A DNA stretch of 64,000 nt from Octopus sinensis (GCF_006345805.1 NC_043006.1:11098001-11162000), one strand, 5' to 3'; counted from the stretch's first letter, positions 14,325-28,566 are shown. Numbers and translations are program-made. Notes: a model not told the origin generated them from the sequence alone.

Positions 14325-14518
14325 GGGAGAGTTTACGATGAAAACAAAAGACGAAGACAGGTGGTGTACAAAACAAACAGATGTATTAGTATAACGCTCA
14401 GGAATAGAAAAAATTGTTTACGTTTCGAGCCTACGCTCTTCTACAGAAAGGGACACAGAAAAAAACAAGGAGAGAAAAAAATGTGTAGTGGCTAACGATC
14501 TATCATGGCGACTGACCA
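14325..14518 (-). mobile_element. ~190-bp (TA)n-embedded repeat with a minimal hammerhead-like motif (PLE LTR-like)
   Basis: Near-identical to 20318-20506; minus strand CTGTAGA-A-GAGCGTAGGCTC-GAAACGTA. Confidence 0.7.
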
Positions 14519-15371
14519 TATATATATATATACATATATATGAATATATATATACATGTATATATATATAATATGTATATACATATATATCCACACACAT
14601 ACACACACACACATATATATATATAAGCATACATACATACTTACTTACATATATACATAATGTAACATAATATAAATGGGGCTTAAAATTTACAACTGTT
14701 TCAGAAGGATTTTATTCGCGCATCTTTAGACTACATCCATAGCATATCCAAAAACGTTGGTCGGACTCATCATCATCAAGCTGTTCTCTCACTTATTTAT
14801 ACCTGTTGAAAATTTTACCTGAAGATGGTGAATGATATTCAATGATGTAATCTATGACTACATCAAGAAACTTCTCCCGAAACAGCTGCTGTGATTTTTC
14901 AATTTGATTTTTCAATTTAACCTTGAATCTGATATACAGTTTAAATTAGATATGGTACTTAACATATCTACAGTATCCTTCCAATTTATGATACCTTCAT
15001 GGATGTGTTACCTTAATATCAACTCTATTGTAAATCCACGGATTTACAATATAGAATTGTGATGAATCATAACTTGGAAATCAACCTGAAGATTACTTGG
15101 AATTTTTCACTAATCTAAGTATTTTTGTTAGCTTGATGTGCCAACGGAGAGCTTATGAAGTATTTTGCCCGGAGTGATAAACCCACGCTGTTTGTTCTAC
15201 ATATTTCTACGTTAAATCCGATTTTGTTATTTATTTGTTCCAGAAATGTTGCAGTAAAATGTTACCAAGGTTTAAAGTTTAATCAATCTTACCTGATCAG
15301 AGAACAGGATTATGAAGCTGTCTGTTGTTTATACACCTGTCTTCGACTTTTGTTTTTCTGTAAATTTCAAC

Positions 15372-15408
<37 letters not shown>

Positions 15409-15435
15409 GTATATATGTACATGTATATATACAAA

Positions 15436-15548
15436 ATCTCTGACGAAGCCTAGAGTACCTCAATTTCATCTACTTATTACTTCAGTCTACTGGAGGAATA
15501 AATGTAGAATGAGGTAATTGTGCCTCTTGGCTGAAAGGGATGTAAGAT
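15436..15548 (+). ncRNA. Hammerhead-like motif, type I, long stem II, degenerate stem III
   Basis: ATCT/AGAT stem I, CTGACGA core, AGCC...GGCT stem II, GAAA, GTA. Confidence 0.55.
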
Positions 15549-15772
15549 ATTTTCCCAATATATATTCCTGTATGTTATATTTGAATAATTACTGGTATCT
15601 TTATATATTAATATATTTTATATGTAAAGCATAACATGTATACATATTCTTGTAATTGTCATTTTAGTAAATAAATAAAGTTGACATAATATAATGTTTA
15701 GAAGTTGATGAACCACCTATTGATCCCCTCCATTTTCTTATTACTCTCTTTACCTCTCTCTCCCTCCATCTT

Positions 15773-15822
<50 letters not shown>

Positions 15823-15829
15823 TAATCCA

Positions 15830-15995
15830 AACAAGCAAACACAAAAAAATAAACACAACAACGCGAGGACGTGGAACAAATATAGTATTATTGGACGCTC
15901 AGGAAAGAAGGGAAGAAGGAGGGTTTACCGTTTCGAGCAGAGCTCTTCGTCGGAAATTTAGGAGAAGGAAAGATCCAGAGATGGGAAGACAGAGG
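15830..15995 (-). mobile_element. PLE LTR-like repeat with hammerhead-like motif (CCGACGA core variant)
   Basis: Minus strand CCGACGA-A-GAGCTCTGCTC-GAAAC at 15924-15956; related to 40670-40830. Confidence 0.6.
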
Positions 15996-15997
15996 AA

Positions 15998-16057
<60 letters not shown>

Positions 16058-16171
16058 CATATACACACATGTACATATACATATGCACGGCATGCATAGG
16101 TATGAACAGCTAAACACACAGCAGACACATAGACAGGCAGACTGGCAGATACATAGACACATATGATAGAC

Positions 16172-16241
<70 letters not shown>

Positions 16242-16668
16242 TTAGCAATGGTGATTACAAATGTCAACCTGCAAAAACCGATATTTATTTTTATTCCCAA
16301 CTCATTTTTAGAGTATTTTTGCATAGTAATTGCTCGAATAATCTCAGTTTAGTAACGTTGGTCATGTACTATTTTTATGTACGTGAGATTCTACTGCGTG
16401 GTTGGCTGAAATATGGTTGCAAGACATTTACATCGTTACTCTTTAATAATTGATCTCCTGATAAAAAAAAATATATTTCTAAAATATGCATAAAAAGATT
16501 TGCATGTAATACATGTTTGTGCATGTGTATATATATATATATATATATATACATATGTGTGTGTGTGAGAACGAAAAAGTATAAATATAATGTAATATAA
16601 TATACATGCACATGTAATATATATTTATGTGTATATGTGATGTGTGTATATGTGTATATATATGTATG

Positions 16669-16699
<31 letters not shown>

Positions 16700-16832
16700 A
16701 TATGTGTATATATATGTAAGTAAATACAAATATATATATATATATAGTAATTGTATATTAATCTTTATATCCGTTATACATACGTGTATATTATGAATAT
16801 ATGTATATAGTAGATGTGTATATATGAATATG

Positions 16833-16870
<38 letters not shown>

Positions 16871-16938
16871 AAAAATGTAATATATAAATAAAGATCTATA
16901 AATATGAACCATCCGATCTGATTACCTCATTTTTTCTA

Positions 16939-16997
<59 letters not shown>

Positions 16998-17814
16998 TGT
17001 GTGTGTGTATATATATAAATGTGTGAGTACGTGTGCGTGTTTGTAGGTGAGTGTGGGATGTTTATTTTAACTACACAACATTATATACCTCTCTATGAAA
17101 TCTATGTTAGAGTGTATATTTGTATGAGCGAGCCTACCAATGTGTATTCAGAATTTTGTCTTACAAAGTTAAATATGCACGAGTGTATATATGCATGTGC
17201 TCTCGATAACAAACCTGTCCATTATATCTGCATATGCATAAGTATAAAGTGAATGAGAACTGTAGACGTTGGGTTTTTTGGTTTTTCTTTTCTTCCTTTT
17301 GCTACACAGCGAAAATTATCTAAATCCCCGGTAGTGATCGTACATTGTAAAGGAATTTCTACTATTTTGCCTCCACTATACAAATATCTGTTATAATTGA
17401 ATCTATAGAAATTATTTCATGAAAGATCCTTCGTTGAATAAATATATTTAATCGTGTATGAATGACGTTAGAAGTAATTGGAAAATGCATATCTGCATGC
17501 GAATATATATAGTTCAACAATGGAGGAATGAATTGTATATTCCATATAAAGTACTATACAACCGTCTGAGAGGCCGTGAGTTCAACTCAAAAACTGCTGG
17601 CGTATGGTTATGCTTCTCTCTGGCCAGAACAGCTAATTCTAACAGTTCAACAAGCTGCTGGGCAAGTATGGACAATCTTATCTTTATTTCAAAGCAGCTG
17701 GCCTTATGAGATATCGCACATCATAAATAGGGCCACATCACTCAAACAATTTTTTAACAAACATCGCGTGGGGGGGGGGGTCTGTGTGTCTGTCTGTGTG
17801 TGTATTTCTTTCTT

Positions 17815-17875
17815 GGGGTCTGACGATACGCCGTAAACCAAAACATTTTATGGACGAGAAACCCAGGGTAACCCC
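17815..17875 (+). ncRNA. Type I hammerhead ribozyme, apparently intact core
   Basis: GGGGT/ACCCC stem I, CTGACGA, stem II, GAAA, palindromic stem III ACCC-A-GGGT, GTA cleavage triplet. Confidence 0.75.
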
Positions 17876-18481
17876 ATAAACCGGCCTTCACCAGGATAAA
17901 ATATAGACTTCTCTACTTCTTAGATTGTGCTCCTTCTCCGGATTTATGTTTTTTCTAAAGACGATATTTTTCCGTTGTAAAAAAATGGTTTGTTCCATGC
18001 TTGTTTTTCCGTTTTCGTTTCTCGTTGAGTTCTACGTCTAGTTGTGGTGTCCTGTACTCACGTATATATATTTATATATGCATGTATATATACATGTAGA
18101 TGTAGATACGTACATATATGTATGTATGTATGCATATATTTTATTTATTACACTATTGTATGACAGCGCCCTCGCGTCGATTCGATTCGATTCGTTCGTT
18201 TCGTTCCGTTCTTATTCTCCAAGTACTGTTTATTATATATATATATATATATAGATATATACTCGATATAAGCAACAAGGATATCCAAGGTGAGTAGTAC
18301 ATTGTTTCATTATAGCATGAAATAATTGTAAGTACTACTCTACCTTGGATATCCTTGTTGCTTATTTTGAATAATCACCCCATTTGTTTTATACGATAAA
18401 TCCATACAAAATTCTGGTGCCTTAAATTAAGTACCATATTCATCTGAATCTAAATTTTGCTGAACTAATATATATATAATG

Positions 18482-18536
<55 letters not shown>

Positions 18537-19099
18537 AATATATATATATATATGTATTACTGCATCCTAAAAGACTGCCTCTACTCTTCGGAGCCCCGGA
18601 TATATTTCAATCTCCAATAATTGTGTTGGTATTTTATAAGACTCAGGTGATGACCACAACGGTGTTTGGTGCCCATATCTACGACAGTGTTGCTACGCAG
18701 GGACATCCTGCTACGCATCCAGAGATAGGTCATTAGACTGACTGGCGTTCAATAACTAACAGACACACTCCAGTCTATGTCTCCCACGGTTTTTTTTATC
18801 TTTTCTGCCCACCTTTTCTATTACTGTTGTAAAAAAAAGTGTCCGCTACTCTGTTGCTACCGTAATGATTTCAGCCTCTCGGTATGAACAGAGATATTGC
18901 AATTGCATTCATCTGCGTGCAGCAGAGGCACCTAATAACGCATTTGCAACAACAGCATCAGTACTATCATCATTGTTAGCAATAAAAGCATGAAAAATAG
19001 CAACAGTAAGATCACTAGAAAGGAGGGAACTTTTGCTCGAGCTGTAAGAAAACCTGAGTGGGTTTCACAATATACACACAGTAAGAAGGGATCACAGAA

Positions 19100-19335
19100 A
19101 GAGGTGAAGAAGAAGGAGGAGGAGGAGGAAGAGGAGGAGGAGGAGGAGAAGAAGAAGAAGAAGAACAACAACAACAACAACAAAACAACAAGAACAAGAA
19201 GAACAAGAAACAAGAACAAGAAGAAGAGAAGAAGAGAAGAAGAAGAAGAGAAGAAGAAGAAGAAGAAGAAGAAGAAGAAGAAGAAGAACAAAACAACAAC
19301 ACACAACAACAACAACAACAACAACAAACAAACAA
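19100..19335. repeat. Compound (GAG)(AAG)(AAC)n microsatellite
   Basis: Direct reading. Confidence 0.95.
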
Positions 19336-19339
19336 CTAT

Positions 19340-19612
19340 GGGCATAATGCCTGAAATTTTGGAGGAAGCGGCCTAGTCGGTTCCGAGAGTATGAAAAGAA
19401 AGTCGACCTCGGTGGAATTTGAACTCAGAACATAAAGACGGACAAAATATCGCTTAGCCTTTTGTCTGTCGTGCTAACAATTCTGTCGGCTCACCTCCTT
19501 AGTTATCCTTTCCACTATAGGCACAATGCCTGGAATTTGTGGGAGGGAGATAGTCATTTACGTCGACCCAGGTACTCAACTGGTACTTAATTTATCGACC
19601 CGAAAGGTTACG
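19340..19612 (-). mobile_element. SINE family B fragments, two pieces
   Basis: AGTCGACCTCGGTGGAATTTGAACTCAGAAC and ACTGGTACTTAATTTATCGACC are reverse complements of the B body. Confidence 0.8.
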
Positions 19613-20176
19613 TAATAATAATTCAGTATTTTCTACAAGCACCAAGGAATTTGGTAAACGTTAGATTATGATTATTACATGCAAGCCGTATTTTTTATAT
19701 CACCCATGTTATTATCCATGGTGGCAAAAGTATACCCCCAAAGTTGCCTCGTATGTAGGTATGGTCGGGCCTTGTGCCTAGAGTAGAAATGATCATATGT
19801 ATGTATATAAGTATATATATATATGTATGCGTGTGTGTGTATACATGTATGCATGTATATATATATATATGTGTGTGTATGTGTGTGTGTGTGTGTGTTT
19901 ATTACGTTTTTGGATTTGGTTTGCAAGATTCTTTATGTGAGTTAGTGTGTAGAAGCATATGTCTGGGGAGGGAGAGACATTCTCTTTTAGTGCCTTATAA
20001 TTTAACTCCTTTTTCCATTTTTCAAAACTTTTCTTTGCGTCTTGCAACAAGGTTACAAGACGCAACGAAAATTTTAGAAAAATTAAAAAGAAATAAGTGG
20101 AAATTTTACCGATGAGAGTGTAAAATTATATGGTGCTAAAAGAGAATGACTCTTCCCAGACATAACATTATATATA

Positions 20177-20232
<56 letters not shown>

Positions 20233-20253
20233 CTTTATATATATATATATATG

Positions 20254-20309
<56 letters not shown>

Positions 20310-20317
20310 TATATATA

Positions 20318-20506
20318 GGGAGAGTTTACGAAAAAAACAAAAGACGAAGACAGGTGGTGTACAAAACAAACAGATGTATTAGTATAACGCTCAGGAATAG
20401 AAAAAGTCTTTTACGTTTCGAGCCTACGCTCTTCTACAGAAAGGGACACAGAAAAAACAAGGAGAGAAAAAAATGTGTGTAGTGGCTAACGAACTATCAC
20501 GGCGAC
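20318..20506 (-). mobile_element. Second copy of the ~190-bp hammerhead-bearing repeat
   Basis: Motif at 20408-20443: CTTT/AAAG stem I, CTGTAGA, GAGC/GCTC, GAAA, ACGT palindrome, GTA. Confidence 0.75.
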
Positions 20507-21858
20507 TATATATATATATACGTGGGGTAAGAGAGAGCTGGAAGCAAAAGATGGGCATAAAGATCAGGAAGACTGACAAAGAGGAGAGACAAGTTTATGC
20601 TTGCGCACTCTCTTTATATATTCGTGGAAAATTGAGAAAGAGGGGGAAGTGAGAGGCAGAAAGAAAGAAAGAAAGAAGGGAACGAAAGAAAGTAAGAGAG
20701 AAAGTAAAAAAAAGAAAGAAAGAAAGAAAGAAAGAAAGAACACCCAACTGAGCAGTCAGTTGATTGACAATTTATCAGCTGCAAATGTCGGAGTTCGTCG
20801 ATTCGTTCGGAACACATATCTTAATAAACGAATACGGGAACATTGCCAGTTTACTATTTCAACACTTTAACACGATTCTTTTCACGAGAAAAATGATACT
20901 TGCGAAGTTTTCTATTGGCATTCTATTGGCAGAACTGGCCAAAACAAAAAAAAAAAAAATCGGAAAACATTTTACCCTCAAAGCATAAGGTTTTAGATTG
21001 GTTGTTTGTTTTGTGAATTGATTGAAATGAAAAATATACGCTGAAATATTCTTCATGTTGGCGCTACTAAGTAAGTATAACAAACGCGACCCCATTTTTC
21101 CAGTGTGAATAACAAACAGATATTAACACTGGACAGACAATCGAATTTGCTGAGGGGAGAGGGGAAAGATTATATGACCATACAAAGAAATTGGTCTCTA
21201 AAATTAGAATGAATGCTAAAAGATGTAAATATACTTCTATAAAAAAAAGAAACATATCACAGAAATACGTGTTCGCTAATAAATGATGGCTAACTTGACT
21301 ACGTGATTTTCTCCTTAAAATTCTTCATTGACAAAGCAAAGAGATTAGGAATCGGATTCTGAAACCTTCGGCTTGATTCAGTTAATAATGTGTGTCTATC
21401 TGAGTTTACGTTTGTGTGTTCGAAAGTAAGTAAAAATGTCTGCGTGTGTGTGTGAGTGTATGTGTGTGTAAAACGCGCCCCGTTGTGTGTTAACGTTTTG
21501 TATATGAATGCAGGGAATATGTATCTATGCTCATGCGTTCATTACTCTCTTGAGTTTTGGCACCGAAATATAGCAAGCTCTCACTGGTTTCCAGTTTTCA
21601 AAAGGGAGTAAGTAATAAATGGACTATTATAGTCGGTTATTCGCTAAATACTACTTGAGATGTAGTGTTTGTCGATAAATTGATTCTTCCTTCAGGAGAT
21701 GACGAACAAAAAATGGCTGCAAATACACATATACACAAGTACATACTTACATAAATATACGTCTGTGTAGCGTTAGCATATATATATATATATATAGATA
21801 TATATATATATATATATATATTTGTGCGTGTGTGTTTGTATATGTATATGTATGTATT

Positions 21859-21960
<102 letters not shown>

Positions 21961-22155
21961 TGTGCGTTTGTGTTTGTGTATGGTATATATATATATATAA
22001 TAATATTTAAGTTAGGCAAGTCGACTTGCCTAACTTGTTTCTCGTTACATTTACTCATCTACTGGCTCAAGCTTAAATCTCTTCAACACTTAGAAGTGCA
22101 TTCTATATAATAAGCCTGTTTCTAACTACCTATATATATATATAATATATAAATA

Positions 22156-22186
<31 letters not shown>

Positions 22187-22319
22187 GAAAGCTAGAAGGC
22201 CAAGTCATGTGACTTGATTGTTTATTAGTTTCGAACCCTTTCGGGTTATAGAAATATAGAAGGAAAATGGATTTGCTGGGTTGAGAGACGATAATGTATT
22301 AAAAACGAGTAACCTAGAT

Positions 22320-22445
<126 letters not shown>

Positions 22446-23574
22446 AGATTACTTGTATATATGGTATATAAAATACAAGCAGTGTATTATATGTGTATGT
22501 ATATACATATATATATTACATGCATATACATATACATAGATACACACACACACACATATACATACATACATACATATATATATACGTATAGATATATACA
22601 TGCGTATATATCTATATGTATATATATAAACACATTTATGTATGTATGTATGTATGTATGTAGTATGTACAATAGGTCGCTGCGAATATATGTAAAGTAC
22701 AAAGAGTAATACTTTTTTCTTAAATTTTCACTCAGCAACAGAAAAAAAGGAAGAAAAACTTTTTTACATTTTATATACTATGATGGAAAACTTGGATAAA
22801 AGAAAGTATTTTATTTCATCAATAATTCCGTAGAATTATTACGGTGAACTAGTTCAATATATTCGTAAATGCGTCCTCAATAAACTCTTCTACTTGTCTA
22901 ATATAGGGTCTTAACACGCACCAACAACTGAGTCTGTATATGGTCACGCATACAGACTCATTTGTTGATGCGTGTTTAGAGTCATATGGAAATATAAATA
23001 GCAGCTTCAAACACCCATGAATCACACACTACCATGATAAAAGAAAGTAAAAGATATATTGTATAATGCAGCCTATGATTACGTAGATACAAACTTGTTT
23101 CAATCAAGGCCGTAAGTTTAGTATCAGTGATACACTGAGATCAATTTAACCCACTATACACCCTCACTAACAAAATTTGACTTTGAAGATCTAATTTTCA
23201 TACGTTTTAAGTCTCACGAGACAAGAGAGCACTTCTGTAATGAGAATATTTTTTCATCAGCGCTGAACTTTTATTTTTTCTGTTCTTGACTGAAAATTAA
23301 AAAAAAAAGAAATTATTTCTCTTTATACTTTATACATATATTTTCAGCAACCTATTTGTGGTGCACGTGTGTGTGCGAGCGTTGTTTTCTATGTGCGTGC
23401 GTGTAAGTGCATGTCTTGGTGGGTGGGTTTTTGTGTATCTGCATATGTAAATGCACATATATATATAATATATATATAATATATAGATATATATATATGT
23501 ATGTATGTATGTATACATATATATATTATATATATATATATATTATATATTATAATATGCATATACATACATAA

Positions 23575-23633
<59 letters not shown>

Positions 23634-23676
23634 GTATATACATACATACATAATATATATATATATATATGTTTAT

Positions 23677-24080
23677 CGCAGGAGTGGCTGTGTGGTAAGT
23701 GGCTTGTTTACCACCACATGGTTCTGTTCAGTCCCACTGCGTGGTACCTTGGGCAAGTGTCTTCTGCTATAGCCTCGGCCGACCAAGCTTGTGAGTGGAT
23801 TTGTAGACGGAAACTGAAAGAAGCCCGTCGTATATATGTATATATATATATATGTGTGGTGTGCGTGTATGTTTGTGTGCCTGTGTTTGTCCCCCTAGCA
23901 TTGCTTGACAACCGATGCTGGTGGTGTTTATGTCCCCGTCACTTAGCGGTTCGGCAAAAGAGACCGATAGAATAGTACTGGGCTACAAAGAATAAGTCCC
24001 GGGGTCGAGTTGCTCGATTAAAGGCGGTGCTCCTGCATGGCCGCAGTCAAAATGACTGAAACAAGAAAAAAAGAAAAAAA
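23677..24080 (+). mobile_element. SINE family A, full length
   Basis: Matches family A consensus. Confidence 0.9.
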
Positions 24081-24133
24081 AAGAGAATGTGTACACATAC
24101 ACTCATATATAATACATGTATATATATATATAC

Positions 24134-24179
<46 letters not shown>

Positions 24180-24202
24180 CATATATATATATATATATAT
24201 AT

Positions 24203-24266
<64 letters not shown>

Positions 24267-24887
24267 CATATATACGCATACATATAAATATTCAATATAT
24301 ACAAATGATTTAAGGATATCTATCTATCTACATATTAGCGCAGTACTAGTGAAAACCGATGATGTTATTTCTCTTATTTTTTCTCTAATTCTCAATCACT
24401 CCACAGTTTGGAGACGTGAAGGCTTTTTTTAAACTTCCAAACACACACACACACACAGACACGCACACACAAACACACACTTGCACTTTGGACGACTTCG
24501 TTTTTCATTAAAATCGCGTCCTACCGTTTTAAGTAAGCCTACGATTTGTTACATAATGTAGTCCTTCATATTCTTAAAAATATAGGACTGTCACGGTGGG
24601 GTTGCTTTTTGATCATAGATCTGATCGATGAAGGTTGAGTTCGAGCTAACAATTGCAAAGAAATAAAAAGAGAATATATTTCTAATTTTTTATATGAATT
24701 TATCTACATAAGAAGCTGAAAAGGAAGAAAATCTGGGAGTTGATCTTGCGATGGACTGGCTTTTCGACAGGGAGTACGGTGGCTTGTACTTTTAATCATT
24801 TATCGCCTCCGGTACTAGAATAGTAGCCGGTCTAAAGAGCCAGCAGTCTCAAGACAGATTTAAAATATTTGTGTCTATTCTAGTGTA

Positions 24888-25061
24888 TAGGCTTACGAGT
24901 GGCTGTGTGGTAAGTAGCTTGCTTACGAACCACATGGTTCTGGGTTCATTCCCACTGCGTGGCACCTGGGCAAGTGTCTTCTACTATAGCCTCGGACCGA
25001 CCAAAGCCTTGTGAGTGGATTTGGTAGACGGAAACTGAAAGAAGCCTGTCGTATATATATG

Positions 25062-25121
<60 letters not shown>

Positions 25122-25331
25122 TGTGTATGTGTGTGTGTCTGTGTTTGTCCCACCAACATCGCTTGACAACCGATGCTGGTGTGTTTACCTCCCAGTAACG
25201 TAGCGGTTCGGCAAATGAGACCGATAGAACAAGTACTAGGCTTACAAAGAATAAATCCTGGCTCGAATTGCTCGACTAAAGGCGGTGCTCCAGCATGGCC
25301 ATAGTCAAATGACTGAAACAAGTAAAAGAGT
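24888..25331 (+). mobile_element. SINE family A, full length, ending ~95 bp upstream of the exon acceptor
   Basis: Matches family A consensus. Confidence 0.9.
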
Positions 25332-25424
25332 ATATATATGTTTTAAATGATAATATGCTAATTGAATTTCAATTGCTCATCTTTTTTATACTTTATTCCC
25401 CTTATTTCTGTTGTTTACTTGCAG

Positions 25425-25648
25425 GATTATACCATAACGCTATATCTTAATCAGTATTGGATCGATGAGCGTTTAGTTTACTCAAACAATTCAGACGATA
25501 ATCTCACCCTGACTGGAGATTTTGCCGAAAACATCTGGGTGCCAGACACCTTCTTTGCCAACGATAAGAACTCGTTTCTACATGACATCACTGAGAAAAA
25601 TAAAATGATCCGATTGTTCGGAAACGGATCAATTGTTTACGGCATGAG
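25425..25648 (+). CDS. Lcch3: Internal coding exon (224 bp) of a Cys-loop ligand-gated chloride channel, GABA-A receptor beta-like subunit, extracellular domain
   Basis: ttgcag acceptor, then GAT TAT; translates DYTITLYLNQYWIDERL...FAENIWVPDTFFANDKNSFLHDITEKNKMIRLFGNGSIVYGM-R; ends AG|gtaagt. WxPDTFF and this exon span match GABA-A beta/Lcch3 from recall. Confidence 0.95.
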
Positions 25649-25714
25649 GTAAGTGTAAATAAACATTTTTTTTATTTAATCTTAAAGGACAAGTGACGCT
25701 TGCCCGCATACTCA

Positions 25715-26273
25715 TCTCTCTATATATAAACGGCAGTTTGTCTGTCTGTGTGTCTGTGTGTCTGTCAGGTTGTACCCTCACCCTGACCACGGCTTTCAAC
25801 CGATCCTGATGAAACTTGACACACACATAGCCCTCTCTATATATATAAACGGCAGTTTGTCTGTCTGTGTGTCTGTGTGTCTGTCAGGTTGTACCCTCAC
25901 CCTGACCACGGCTTTCAACCGATCTTGATGAAACTTGACACACACATAGCCCAATGTCATAATTCAAAACTAACGCAGTGAAAGTTTTGAAAAGTTCCCC
26001 CAGTTCTGAAAAAAATCGATAAATTCGACATTGGCTCGAGAATCTAAGCTTTTTATATGCAACACATTTTCTGTCTAGGGGACACAACTCGACCATTTTA
26101 TCGCCCAAAGGGACAGCTAGGAACATCGTATACACAGAAGTATTCGAGTGAAGAGAAGACATTGCAACCTACACATGCGCCTTCGTTCCCTAGAGGGAAA
26201 GGACTAGATTGGGATTAGTCGTTGCCTACTAGGGGCTCTTACATACCCGGGCAACGCCGGGCTATGCTGCTAG
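25715..26273 (+). mobile_element. Non-autonomous Helitron with duplicated 5' end
   Basis: A|TCTCTCTATATATAAAC start; CCCGGGCAACGCCGGG hairpin, then CTAG|T end; ~117-bp 5' segment repeated (25717-25833, 25834-25952). Confidence 0.85.
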
Positions 26274-27359
26274 TCCATCATAAATAACAGAAAATCTATG
26301 GCTTCGACATAAAACTCTTGTGATCAAACGTTGTAAATATTTCCTTAACGCCGAAGTGGATCCAATGTCGAAACAGTCGGACACATATCACAAACACTTC
26401 CTTTAATGACGTAATTTTAGGTTCTGAGTATAAAATTCCTCGGAGATCAATTGAATTTCTACTCGTTCGGGATTTGTTTGGGGTTATTTCTCTTTCTTTT
26501 TCTGTCTCCTTGTAGAGCGCTTAGTGAAAGATTAAACTTCACTTGTGGGACAATTTTGCTGATACTTTAAATTTCATGGAGTGGGAAAGGAAAAATATAC
26601 GAAATCTCATGGACTATTCTCGATCCCAATATTTGCAAAAGAGGGGAATCCACAAAATAGACACAGAGTCAATACAGAGGAGGTGAACTCGGCATCACAA
26701 ATTTCTTGTCTAAAATATGAATAATTCGGACTACGAAATTTTGTATATTTTCCATTTACCAAATTCGATCAGTAAAACTTGGAGCAACTCGGAACTATGA
26801 CAGAAAGCCCTTGGAATGATATCAAATTTAAAATGGGAACGGATGACTGCAAAACGAATTTCTGAAACACATAGTCGTTACGATATATCTGGCCTAACGT
26901 GATAACTATCGTTAGTTCTCGAAGCCTAACCTCAAGCTCGAGAATTATTCCATTAACTCCAATATACTTTGAGACAATGGTTTCCAGGTAAAACTTATTT
27001 CTACATGAAATCTTGGAGAAGTCCAAGTTATTACAGAAATATTTTGTTTATGTGTAAAATATCTCACCTTATCAGTGCACTACTTGACCCTTCAACTACT
27101 TGGCTCCTGTCGTTCCCAAACGCTTATCTGATCAGATTTAACATTGATAGATTGTACTTGGTAATTTGTGGTCAACCCATAAATATTCATTTAGATCAGG
27201 GTCATCATGAAGTCGAACACTTCCCTGTCCACAGGGGTCACTACTACAAACTAACACCACACGTATCACTTATTCTGTTGTTACAGAAGAATTGCATTTT
27301 CTTGTTTATCGTTTTGTTATGAGTATTTGAAATACGAGAATCAGTTGAAAGAATGAAAA

Positions 27360-27453
27360 CCAGATTCTTTCTCTCTCTTTCTCTCTCTCCCTCCCTCTCT
27401 CTCTTTCTTTCTCTCCATCTCTCTCTCTCTCTTTCTCTCTCTCCCTCTCTTTC

Positions 27454-27503
<50 letters not shown>

Positions 27504-27662
27504 CATCTCTCTCTCTTTCTCTCTCTCCCTCTCTCTCTCTTTCTCTTTCTCTCTCTGTCTATCTATCTATCTGTCTGTCTCTTCCCTCCTCTGTTTCGCT
27601 CTGTTTCAATTTGTCTCTTATTCTTTCCTTCGTGCACATATTCACACTCTCTCTATCTATCG

Positions 27663-27733
<71 letters not shown>

Positions 27734-27845
27734 CATCTATCTATCTATCCATCTATCTATCTATCTATCTATCTATCCATTTATCTATCTATCAATCTAT
27801 CTATTTATCTATCTATCTATCTATCTATTTATCTATCTATCTACA

Positions 27846-27896
<51 letters not shown>

Positions 27897-27932
27897 CTAT
27901 CCATCTATCTATCTATCTATCTATCTATCCAT

Positions 27933-27992
<60 letters not shown>

Positions 27993-28020
27993 TTATCTCT
28001 TTCTTTGTCTCTCTCTTTCT
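27360..28020. repeat. (CT)n followed by (CTAT)n microsatellite
   Basis: Direct reading. Confidence 0.95.
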
Positions 28021-28566
28021 ATAGACATATCTAATACCTATAAACATGTTTCCCTTTTATCTTGACCTCCATCTTCCCACTTATTCGCTTTACATTCAAT
28101 CTATTTCATTTCTTTTCACCCACTATCTTTCATCATCCTATCTAACCTCCATTCAATATTTTTTACACCCATCCAATTCTCTCTCTCTCTCTCCCTCACT
28201 CACTCTTTCTCACTCTTTCTGTCTTGAACTCCTTATCTTTACTCACTCATGTAATCTTTTTCTGTATCTATTACCACTTACTTTGTCTTGTTACTCCTCA
28301 CTCCTTCCAAAAATATTTTTTTAATATCCTCATAAATTCAATTACACATTCTGCATTACTTCTTCGAAAGTTAACGCATTATGAAACGTCAAAAATTCCA
28401 CAACTCCTCTCTACATACAGTTTTATCTTATTTTAAACTTTTGACATCTTTTCCTGCAGAGGTGGGAGCCAGCATAAATATTTCAAGTTTTTTGGGACTT
28501 GGCTAACAGTTCTATAATTGTTTATTTACAATTAAGTAAGCAAAGCAATCATAAGCAAAGCAATCA

